From NCBI GenBank assembly GCA_965202585.1, contig OZ241834.1, forward strand, positions 31,000,001 to 31,064,000: 64,000 bases of DNA. Reading direction: 5' to 3'. The stretch's first letter is position 1, and each line of letters begins with the position of its first letter. Source of the DNA: Thalia democratica. Its lineage: Eukaryota. The translations under genes and the position numbers were made by a program. Positions 56,201 to 64,000 of the stretch are shown piece after piece. Under the pieces are notes generated by a model. That model was not told where the DNA came from. It saw only the letters and a program-made list of their open reading frames with translations, and made no database searches.

Positions 56201-59200
56201 CGTTAGCGATAGTCAGCTGGTACTTTCCTCTGTCCTCTCGTCTCGCGTGAGGGATCGTGAGTGTAGCTACGCCGTTTTCGCTGTCAACGACGGCCTCTTT
56301 GTTCAAATCTCCGCCCATTCTCATCCAGCAGGCCTCGGGTTCCGGCCTTCCGTTGTACCTCACCGACAGTTGCAACTGCTTGCCCTGGTGTACTGACACG
56401 TGAGACTTGAAGTCGGAATCGACGATGAACTCGGGCTGCTCCGGCCTCTCCACCGCCTTTACAAAGTCGCAGCACTCGCAGGGCTCTCCGACTCCGGCGC
56501 TGTTCACCGCTCGCACCTGCACCTCGTACACGCTTCCCGCTTCCAGCTCCTCGATGACCATCTCGCACTTTTGCACCGCTCTCTCGTTGACGCGGTACCA
56601 CTGCTCGGTGTCGGCCCTGTCGAACTTCTTCTTCTCGACGAAGTAGCCGGTGATCTCGCCGCCGTTGTCGTTCAGCGGCGGCTCCCACACCACGCTCGCC
56701 GACCGGCAGCTGCTGTCCACGAGCCTCACGACGCACGGCGGGCCCGGGGGCGTCGTCGGCAGACGGCACTCGATCAGCGGCGAGGTCTCGCTCGGGTTGC
56801 TCTCGCCCGCCTCGTTGACGGCCGTGACCCTGAACTCGTAGGAGGATCCCTCGCTGAGTCCCGTGATCCGGTACGTCAGGTCGTCGACCGGCTCCTCGTT
56901 GCACCGGACCCACCTCGAGCCGCGGTTTTTCAGCCTCTCGACGTTGTAGCCGACTATCTTGCTGCCGCCGTCGTTCTTGGAGGCGGCGTAGGAGACGGTG
57001 ATGGAGTTGATGTGAATGCGGATGGCCTCGGGCTTTCCGGGCGCGTCCGGCTTTCCGAACAGGTTCTTTGGTACTAGTTTTGTTGACAGTAGCGCGGGTC
57101 CGGTGCCGTGGTCGTTGATGGCGTTCACCCTGAAAACGTACTCTCTTCCTTCGATCAGCTTGGTGATCTTCCACGACAGTCCTTCCCACTTTTCTTTCAC
57201 CACCGTCCACAGCAACTTATTGGTGTCGCACTTCGAAACGACGTAGCCTCTCACTTGCGCTCCTCCGTCGATCAGCGGCGGCTTCCACGTGAGCACGCAG
57301 CTGTTCGACGTCACAGCGCTTATTTCCAGCGGGGCTTCCGGCTTGCCCGGCGTGTCCATCACCAAGACTTTCACGCTGGCCTCCGCGTCGCCCTTGTCGT
57401 TTGAAACCTTGACCTTGTACTCGCCCAGGTCTTCCCTGGTCACCTTGTCCAGCAAGAGCACGCACGAGCTCCTGTCGCAAGAGATCGTGCTCCTGACGTC
57501 TTCCGCCAAATTCTTGCCGTCGCGGCTCCAAACCACGTCCGGCTTCGGCTTGCCGCTGAACTCGGCCTCCAGCTGCAGGCACCTGCCCGCTTGAACCCTC
57601 AGCGTCTTGTCCTTCGGCAGCACCGTCCTCAGGTTGATGAAGACCTTGGGCGCTTCCGGCACTATCTTGTTCAGGATCGGGCCGCACACGTCGCTCGGCA
57701 CTCCCATCGTCCCGCTGTTGGTCTTGGCGGTGACCCTGAAGTCGTAGCTGTACATCCGGACCAGCCCGCACGCCTCGTACTCGCACCTGGTCACGTGCTC
57801 GTAGTTGCACTTCTGCCACTTGCCGTTGGGCGACTGCCTCTGCTCGATGACGTAGCTGGCGACGGCTCCCGACGACTCCTCGGGAGCGTCCCACTCCAAG
57901 TTGACGCTGCCCAGGTTGATCTCGACCACCCTGAGGTTCTTCGGCGCGTTGATGGCCTTGGCGGCGGTGAAGGCGTCGCAGTGGGGGGACGGGTCGCTCT
58001 GGCCGGCCTCGTTCTCGGCGATGACTCTGACCGTGTACGAGATTCCCTCGTCCAAGCCTGATTTTGTGTTAGTTTGATAAGTGTTTGAAGTATTACTGAT
58101 GTGCTTAAAAAGAAAGCAAACGTTTTGTTAGTATTCTATATTGTATTTGTTTTTTGTTTTATTTTGTAAGGGTATTGAAAGTTAAAATATTAAAGCCATA
58201 TTCACTAAGTACCATCAAGGTAAACTTAAAATACACGTACATTTGTTTTGCACCAATAATTAAAATGAAAAATTACCTTTGAGCATGTAGTTGCTCTTCG
58301 ATATGAGCTTGGCGGTTTCTCGCTGCCACAGCAGAGTGTTCAGCTGCTTCTTTTCCACGTGGTAACCCGACACCTGCACGCCCGATGCTGGCGTGGACCA
58401 GCTTATGAGTGCGGTGTTGTGGGTTATCTTGCTCACCGTCGGCTTTCGCGGCGACGGTGGTGGTGCTGAAGTGAAAAATAATATTTAAAACTGTTTGGTT
58501 AGTAAATGTGTTAACAACAAAATAATAATAAGAAATATTTAGAAGCTAATGACAGCATGTCTTAAAACACAATTTGGTGTTTTAGATTATAGTATATTAA
58601 ACTATTCAAGTTACTCCAGGTCAAATAACTTACTAATCAACTTAAAAGCATACAGAAAACAAGTGTAAAAGTATATTTGCTGTAAAACAATGATAGTTCA
58701 AAGCGTTATTTACCGAACGGGAAATCGGTGGTGATCGTTGACGACACCAGCGGCTTTCCGCAGCCGTACGCGTTCTCCGCCACCACTCTGAACTGGTACG
58801 CCTGCCTCTTCTTCAGCTTCTTCACCTTGCACTGCATCTTCGTCGTGCAGATGTTGACGGTGGACCACGACTGCTTGCCGTACTCGCGGTAGTCCACGAT
58901 GTACCCCTGCACGGGCGAACCGCCGTCGTCGTTGGGCTTGTACCAGGCGATCGTGACGTTGTCGATGTCGATCGACTTGAACTGGATCGGTCCCATGGGA
59001 GCGCCCGGAGTATCTGTATCAATTTCAAGTTTAATGAAATTTTTCATTAAACTTGCTATTTTGATTTCTAAATTTCAAATATTCAATTCAAAAGTTCATT
59101 TATTTAGTCCTAAATTAATTTTACTCCTATTCAAAAAGAAAATTAACGTTATTATAGTGTTCTTGTTTAAATCTTGTTTGTTTTTTGTATCTAATTTCAC

Positions 59201-62200
59201 CACTTACCAAGTACGTCGACTTTAATTTTATAGCTGACCGCTCCACTGCTGTTTTTCAGTGAAATTTCGTAAACTCCCGATTCTTCCCGCTTGGCGTCGC
59301 TCACGAGCAGCGTCGCGTGAGTCGCGTTCCTCGACACTTTGAAGTGCTCACCGTCTAATTTTTTTTTAATGTAGAACTTAATTGCATTTAATTGTATGCA
59401 AAAATTCTATATTTTTTTCTTCTAGTTTTGGTAAACCGAAAGTTGGCTTATCAAATTTAAATAAAACAAAAGCATAACTTATTTGATTGAACAAACGAGC
59501 TAAACTAAACTTGAAAAAAACTAAATGATGTATCAAATTCAAATTGAATCTAATACAAGTATATTTTTGGTTCGCCAGATGTTGATATAAATTCACTACT
59601 TTTGTAATCGTGGTCTTTTTTTAGCCTAAAAACTCACTTTTGATTTGTTCACCCTTCGGTGTTTTCCAAACAACGGCTGGCTTGGGTTTTCCGAACACGG
59701 GTATTGTGATTTTGACGTTGGTTCCTGACTTGCACTGTATATTCTCCATGGTGCCGATGTCGGCAGTTGGCAACACTGAAATTTTAATTATTAAAATTGA
59801 TTAACATTAAGTACTTATAGAAAAAAGATAATAATTAGTTTTCGCTTCAAGTGGTTAACAAGTTTAAAGTTAACATTGTCCAACAAACGACAACTTTATT
59901 GAGTTAAAGTGCTCAACACTGAGGTTACGTTTATAAAAGTCCTTATTAGAAGTCACGTAAGCCAAACTATTGCTTGTAGAGCTAATAGTTAAACCATAAA
60001 GTTGAGTGTATCTCACCAGAGCTAATAAACACCAGAGCTATAAGAGTAAATGTTATCAGCAAGAGTTCAAAGAAAACAACTTTTTTTTTAGACATAAAAT
60101 ATATACAATAATGTATATTATAATAAAATACACAAATTCGTCTCACCAGAGCTGTCCTTGGTCATGATGCCGGTGACGGGCACGGACGCCTCTCCAACGC
60201 CGATGTCGTTGCACGCCCTGATCCGCACGTCGTACTTTTTGTTTTCGGCCAGATTTTCCAGCACGTACGTCGTCACGGTCGACTTGACGCGCGCCACTTC
60301 AGCGAACTGTTCGGTGTCCTCCTCCGTGGATTCACGTGATTCAATGACGTAGGAGGTGATCTTGCAGCCTCCGTCGTGCTCCGGCACCGACCACGTGACC
60401 TTGATCGTGTTCTTGGTGACCTGGTGGCGAGTTTGCTTGTAAGTCGTAAAATATACGTGTGTACGTGTTTGTTATTTATAGTTTTTTTAATTTAGTTTTT
60501 ACAGTGCTCCATCGTTAAAAAAAACGGGAAAGGTTATGTTTAAAATTAATACTGTACAATGTAGCTATCTTCAGTCGATCAAACTACTTTCAGTGTTTGA
60601 AAACAATAATTGATTTAGTTTTTATTGATTGATATTTATGTACTTTCGATATAATTTCGATTCTTTCAAAGCTTTTGAGCTAAAACTTGTTATTTAGCTT
60701 TGAATTACTTTGGCTTGTTCAGTACACTTTAAACTTAAAAAGAAAATTCACAGCAGTATTACATTACAGTTATTGTAAACAAATGCTTAACAAGTGATAA
60801 ACCAAAAGTCGCAAAAACAAACAAAACTAACGTCGTCGACGTCGATCCTGATTGGCGGAGACGGCGCCTGCGTGGCCTTGATCGCCATCGCGGTCTCGCG
60901 GGTTTCGCCGGAACCGAACTCGTTGTTGGCGGCGACGCGGAACATGTAGCTCCTGCCCTGCTCCAACCCCGCCACCTTGTGGTAGCACCTCACGCACTCC
61001 GAAGTGACCTTGCTCCACCGCGGCGACGTCACCTCCCGCTTCTCCACGCTGTATGACGTCACGGCGGAGCAGCCGTCGAACTCGGGCGCCGACCACGCGA
61101 TCACGATCGAGTCGGACTTGACCTCCTTGCAGTGGATCTTGCCCACCGGACCGGGGGCGGCGAGCACTTTGACGGTGAAGGTCAGCTTCTTGGATCCGGA
61201 GCTGTTTTCGATCTTGATCGTGTACTTGCCACGATCCTCGCGCGCACAGCTCGGAATCCGCAAAACCGCTTCGCCGTCGTCCGTGCTCGCCGCCGCCAGC
61301 TCGCTCATGGGCGCGTCCTCCTCCGACTTGGTCCAAGTTGCCGTTGGCACGGGCTTGCCGCCGAACCGCACTCGCAAGCACAGCTCCTTGGCCGCATGCA
61401 CCGCCAAGTGCATCTTGAAGTCGTCGGACACGAAGAACTCCGGCTCCTCGATCCTGTCCACCACGCGGATCAGCTCCATGCACTCGCACGCGTCCCCGGC
61501 TCCCGCCGAGTTCACCGCCCTCACCCGCATCTCGTACTCGCTCATGTTAATCAAGTTCTTCACCTCGTAGGTGTTTCCTTGCACCGGCTCGTCGGTCACC
61601 ACCTGCCACTCTTCCGTGTCTTCCTCGGTGAACAGCTTAGTCTCCACGACGAAGCCGACTATCTTGCCGCCGTTGTCCGTCAGCGGCTCCTCCCACGTCA
61701 ACGTGGCAGAATCTCTCGTGGTGTCTGTAAGCCTCACGACGCTCGGCGGGCTCGGCGGGGTCACGGGCAGCTTGCACTCGACGAACTGGCTCGCCCCGCT
61801 CGGCCTCGACACCCCGACCGCGTTCTCCGCCATCGCCCTGAACTCGTAGAACGATCCTTCGGTGAGGCCGGTGACTCGGCACTGCACGTCGTTGTACGGC
61901 GTCTTGTTGCACCTGACCCACCTCGATCCAGATTGCAGTTTCCTCTCCACGTAGTAGCCCGTGATCTTGCTGCCTCCGTCCGAGGCCGGCTCCTCGAACT
62001 TGACGATGACCGAGTTGTGCGTGAAGCTGACGATCTCGGGGGTTCCCGGCGCGTGCGGCTTCTTGTGCGCCAGAGTGGCGGCGATGGCCTTCGAGTTGAG
62101 GGGCTTCGACTTGCCCCTCTGGTTCACCGCGGTCACCCTGAACAAGTACTCGTGGTTCTTGCGCAGCTTCCGCGCCGTCGCCACCAGCCCCTGGCAGTTT

Positions 62201-64000
62201 TCGTCCAGAACGCTCCAGAAGACCCTGTTCACGTCGCAGTACTCCACGAGGTACCTCTCGATGTCCGAGCCGCCGTTGTCCAACGGGGCCGACCACTTGA
62301 AAGTAATTTTCTCGTTGGTCACGTGACTGGCGACCACCGGGCCCTCGGGGGCGGCCGGCACGTCCAGCACCTTCAAGTCGAACTTGACTTCGGCGAAATC
62401 CAAAGAGTTTTCCGCGCGAATCGTGTAGGTTCCGGTGTTCTTTCTGGTCAGCTCGGGCAGGACCAGCGTGTTCGTCTTCTTTGAAGTTTCGATGAACACA
62501 AAAGTTCTGTCGTCCTTCAACGCGCTGCCGTTGAAGGACCACACGACTTCGGGCGGGGGGATTCCGTTGATCTCCGCAAACATCCTGAACGTCGACCCGC
62601 CTTCCACGACCAGCGGCTTCGAAACGTCCCTGTTGAGTTTGATGGTCGGTCTCACCTGATCGTCGCGGCACAAGCAGATGGCGCTCGGCTTCGACGGCTC
62701 GCTCATGGCTCCTGCCGTGTTCTTGGCGATGACGCGGAACTTGTAGGCGTCTTCGGGAAGCAAATGCCTCACGGTGAACTCGCACTCCGTCACGCCCGAG
62801 TAGTCGTCCACCCGCACCCAGTGGTTCGAGTTGGCGCCGGTCATTTCCACGTGGTACAGCGACACCTTGCTGGCGTCCTTGCTCACCGGCGCGTCCCACA
62901 CCACCGTCACCGTGCTCCTGGTGATGTCGGTGCCCCTGACGTTGGTCGGCGGCTGCACCTGTATGCAGGCCTTGTGGTAGCCGCTCGCCGGGCTCGGGTC
63001 GCTCAACCCGGCCAGGTTCTCGGCGTAAACCCTGAACTGGTACTCCAAACCGGGTATCAGGTCTCCCACCCTGGTGTGCCTGTTGGGCAGTATGACCTTG
63101 TTGGCTCGCTCCCACAGCTGCGAGTGCCTGTCCTTGTACTCGACGTGGTAGCCCAGTATTTCGCTGCCTCCGTCGTGGGCGCACTTGTCCCACTCCACGT
63201 ACATCGACACCGGCGTGATGTCGCTCACCTTCGGCTTGGGCGGCGTGTCCGGGTTCTCGAAGGTGTACTCTGCAGTCACCGCTCGCGTTTCCTCGAACTC
63301 GCCCAGCCCGAACTTGTTCTCGGCGGCCACCCTGAATATGTACTCCACTCCCTTCTTTAAGTGCAGCGCTTTCACGTTGCACCTGGTGCACGAGGGGTTG
63401 ACGGCGGTCCACCAATCGTTGCCTTCCAAGGCTCTCTTCTCTATGATGTAGCTGCTGATGTCGCAGCCTCCCAAGTAGACGGGCGGCGACCATCGCAGGC
63501 AAATGCTGTCCACCGTCTTGTCAAACATCTGGATGACTCTGACCTTGCCGGGCGGTCCGTTGACGTTTATGCTGAACGCAGCCTCCTTTTCGCCGGCCAC
63601 GTTCGCCATCTTCAGCTTGTACTTTCCGGCGTCTTCCGGGTCCACCGAGTCTATGCTCAAAGTCGTGGAGTCGGCCGACCGCTTCAAGCGGATCCTGGCG
63701 TCCATGGCTTCGATTTCCTTGCCGTTCTTGTACCAGGTGATTTCCGGCAGCGGCTTTCCGGTGAACGGTATGTGCAGGATGAGGTTGGATTTTTCCCGCG
63801 CGTTGATCACTCTGCCCGCCACGGCGGACTCCAAGTAGAAGTCCGGCTTGATCGTGTGGTCGAACACCGAAGTGGGTCCCAGATGGACCCACTCTCCGGC
63901 GCCCATTTCGTTGATGGCCGCAACGCGGAACACGTACTTTTCTTTAGTTTCCAAACCGCTCAGTTTGATTACGCGGTCCTGGGTCTCCGATTCGGTCCAC
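26..64000 (-). CDS. TTN: Titin/connectin, A-band C-zone portion; 69 coding exons in the window, gene continues beyond both edges
   Basis: Spliced translation gives continuous Ig (I-set; W and D-x-G-x-Y motifs) and Fn3 (PxxP..W..P..DGG..Y.V.A.N..G) domains in the 11-domain order characteristic of chordate titin C-zone. All 68 internal introns I traced are GT-AG and phase-compatible. Equivalent exons keep their lengths (~2222, 289, 135, 147, 188, 112, 189 nt). No in-frame stops seen. Confidence 0.93.
2712..4975 (-). CDS. TTN: R11 small exons: 4687-4975, 4445-4579, 4133-4279, 3798-3985, 3497-3608, 2712-2900
   Basis: GT-AG boundaries; conserved lengths and phases. Confidence 0.88.
5046..7267 (-). 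CDS. TTN: Large exon, 2222 nt (D6b-D11 of R10, D1-D3a of R11)
   Basis: ORF 5010..7211(-); donor GAA|gtaagt. Confidence 0.92.
7704..10053 (-). CDS. TTN: R10 small exons: 9765-10053, 9564-9695, 9079-9225, 8678-8865, 8044-8155, 7704-7892
   Basis: GT-AG boundaries; D4a exon is 132 nt, others have standard lengths. Confidence 0.87.
10131..12349 (-). CDS. TTN: Large exon, 2219 nt (D6b-D11 of R9, D1-D3a of R10)
   Basis: ORF 10122..12293(-); donor GAA|gtaagt. Confidence 0.92.
12721..14855 (-). CDS. TTN: R9 small exons: 14567-14855, 14013-14147, 13759-13905, 13466-13653, 13294-13405, 12721-12909
   Basis: GT-AG boundaries; includes a 60-nt intron (13406-13465). Confidence 0.88.
14925..17146 (-). CDS. 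TTN: Large exon, 2222 nt (D6b-D11 of R8, D1-D3a of R9)
   Basis: ORF 14916..17000(-) extended in frame to the acceptor at 17147; donor GAA|gttagt. Confidence 0.92.
18001..20457 (-). CDS. TTN: R8 small exons: 20169-20457, 19751-19885, 19338-19484, 18947-19134, 18465-18576, 18001-18189
   Basis: GT-AG boundaries; conserved lengths and phases. Confidence 0.88.
20525..22743 (-). CDS. TTN: Large exon, 2219 nt (D6b-D11 of R7, D1-D3a of R8)
   Basis: ORF 20489..22687(-); donor GAA|gtaagc. Confidence 0.92.
22968..25809 (-). CDS. TTN: R7 small exons: 25521-25809, 25263-25397, 24634-24780, 24346-24533, 23855-23966, 22968-23156
   Basis: GT-AG boundaries; conserved lengths and phases. Confidence 0.88.
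25870..28082 (-). CDS. TTN: Large exon, 2213 nt (D6b-D11 of R6, D1-D3a of R7)
   Basis: ORF 25819..28119(-); acceptor gcag| at 28083, donor GAA|gtaagt. Confidence 0.92.
28569..30448 (-). CDS. TTN: R6 small exons: 30160-30448, 29897-30031, 29675-29821, 29019-29206, 28837-28948, 28569-28757
   Basis: GT-AG boundaries; lengths 289, 135, 147, 188, 112, 189. Confidence 0.88.
30518..32730 (-). CDS. TTN: Large exon, 2213 nt (D6b-D11 of R5, D1-D3a of R6); compositionally chimeric
   Basis: ORF 30449..32728(-); donor GAC|gtaagt. Confidence 0.92.
33128..34758 (-). CDS. TTN: R5 small exons: 34356-34758 (fused D3b+D4a), 34094-34240, 33646-33833, 33426-33537, 33128-33316
   Basis: GT-AG boundaries; ORF 34345..34743 runs uninterrupted from Fn3 into Ig (...VVRDTSQAPTADMDE...). 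Confidence 0.88.
34917..39442. mobile_element. hAT-superfamily DNA transposon, 4526 bp, apparently non-autonomous, inside a titin intron
   Basis: Perfect 14-bp TIRs CAGTGGTCGGCACG (34917-34930) / CGTGCCGACCACTG (39429-39442). Identical 8-bp flanks GTTTAAAC (34909-34916, 39443-39450). Clustered subterminal GTG(C/T/A)ACCC motifs at both ends. No transposase ORF in the ORF track. Confidence 0.85.
39525..41746 (-). CDS. TTN: Large exon, 2222 nt (D6b-D11 of R4, D1-D3a of R5)
   Basis: ORF 39456..41732(-); donor GAA|gtttgt. Confidence 0.92.
41978..44680 (-). CDS. TTN: R4 small exons: 44416-44680, 44027-44161, 43578-43724, 43122-43309, 42425-42536, 41978-42166
   Basis: GT-AG boundaries and conserved lengths (265, 135, 147, 188, 112, 189). 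The weak donor G|gttttt at 44026 is supported by length and phase. Confidence 0.86.
42965..43090. mobile_element. 126-bp MITE, hAT-type
   Basis: 15-bp TIRs TAGTGATGTACCGGA / TCCGGTACATCATTA (1 mismatch). Identical 8-bp flanks GTTATTAT (42957-42964, 43091-43098). Interior is a CpG-rich series of ATCCGG/CCGGAT motifs within an AT-rich intron. Confidence 0.85.
44976..47206 (-). CDS. TTN: Large exon, 2231 nt (D6b-D11 of R3, D1-D3a of R4)
   Basis: ORF 44904..47204(-); donor AAC|gtgagt. Confidence 0.92.
47459..48578 (-). CDS. TTN: R3 small exons: 48394-48578 (D5a), 47998-48109 (D5b), 47459-47647 (D6a), following a 6.2-kb intron (48579-54778)
   Basis: GT-AG boundaries; DVPGKPSQLQ..., VNNLEKLHSYQFRVMAEN..., VPPQPNRPSV... 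Confidence 0.88.
54226..54382. mobile_element. Possible degenerate MITE (GGTGACCA termini, similar to hAT-Blackjack ends)
   Basis: Imperfect inverted repeats GGTGACCATGGaaacCGTCCGGCAG (54226-54250) and its near-complement ctgcGGACGacttaCCATGGTCACC (~54357-54381). No TSD found. Confidence 0.45.
54779..55643 (-). CDS. TTN: R3 small exons: 55379-55643 (D3b), 55068-55202 (D4a), 54779-54925 (D4b)
   Basis: GT-AG boundaries; VSLTTIKVCWKRPEHDGG..., EAPTVNMRGLK..., DDDEVRIS...DSGNYHL. Confidence 0.88.
55833..58057 (-). CDS. TTN: Large exon, 2225 nt (D6b-D11 of R2, D1-D3a of R3)
   Basis: ORF 55743..58055(-); acceptor cag| at 58058, donor GAG|gtttgt at 55832. Confidence 0.92.
58277..60420 (-). CDS. 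TTN: R2 small exons: 60147-60420 (D3b), 59653-59775 (D4a), 59208-59354 (D4b), 58714-59013 (whole D5), 58277-58465 (D6a)
   Basis: AG/GT boundaries read directly. Translations VTKNTIKVTWSVPEHDGG..., VLPTADIG..., DGEHFKVS..., DTPGAPMGP..., PPPSPRKP...; phases chain correctly. Confidence 0.88.
60832..64000 (-). CDS. TTN: Large titin exon (5' end outside window): end of D3 and D4-D11 of R1, then D1-D2 and start of D3 of R2
   Basis: ORF 60787..63954(-) extends in frame to the window edge (WTESETQDRVIKLSGLETK...). Donor GAC|gttagt at 60831. GC-rich, and intronless across D4-D6 where later repeats carry introns. Confidence 0.92.

Noticed and set aside
63-63892. Many plus-strand and alternative-frame ORFs overlapping the large exons (e.g. 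61132..62484, 61637..63502, 31628..32758, the recurrent 157-aa MNxTGPSGAPG ORFs)
   Set aside because: Shadow ORFs: high GC3 suppresses stops in other frames, and the recurrent ones simply mirror the repeated titin exon. They show no recognisable domains.
26-64000. Twitchin/projectin/obscurin or several separate genes
   Set aside because: Twitchin and projectin use a Fn-Fn-Ig repeat, not the 11-domain pattern. The exons chain in frame into one product, and the ORF-track starts and stops fall in introns or mid-exon.
26-64000. Pseudogene
   Set aside because: No frameshifts or stops in ~35.9 kb of traced coding sequence, and splice sites are intact.

Overview
Eukaryotic genomic DNA. The whole window lies inside one giant minus-strand gene for titin/connectin, in its A-band C-zone region, and the gene is open at both window edges. 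I traced 69 GT-AG exons by hand. They are in frame and total about 35.9 kb of coding sequence (~11,950 codons). They encode Ig and fibronectin type III (Fn3) domains in the 11-domain pattern Ig-Fn-Fn-Ig-Fn-Fn-Fn-Ig-Fn-Fn-Fn (D1-D11). There are ten complete super-repeats (R2-R11) and partial ones at each end (R1, R12), so at least 12, versus 11 in vertebrate titin. From R2 on, the repeats share a 7-exon layout with two exceptions. Repeats at ~31.5-64 kb are mutually divergent with GC/CpG-rich exons. Repeats at ~0.4-31.5 kb have near-identical AT-rich, CpG-poor exons separated by non-alignable introns, which points to exon-restricted concerted evolution. The D1 Ig variants run in mirror order A-B-C-B-A, and chimeric exons mark both edges of the array. 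Introns hold a 4.5-kb hAT-type element (14-bp TIRs, 8-bp TSD, no transposase seen), a 126-bp hAT MITE and a possible third MITE. The organism is probably a non-vertebrate chordate such as a tunicate (inference). No RNA genes, CRISPR arrays or prokaryotic features are supported.
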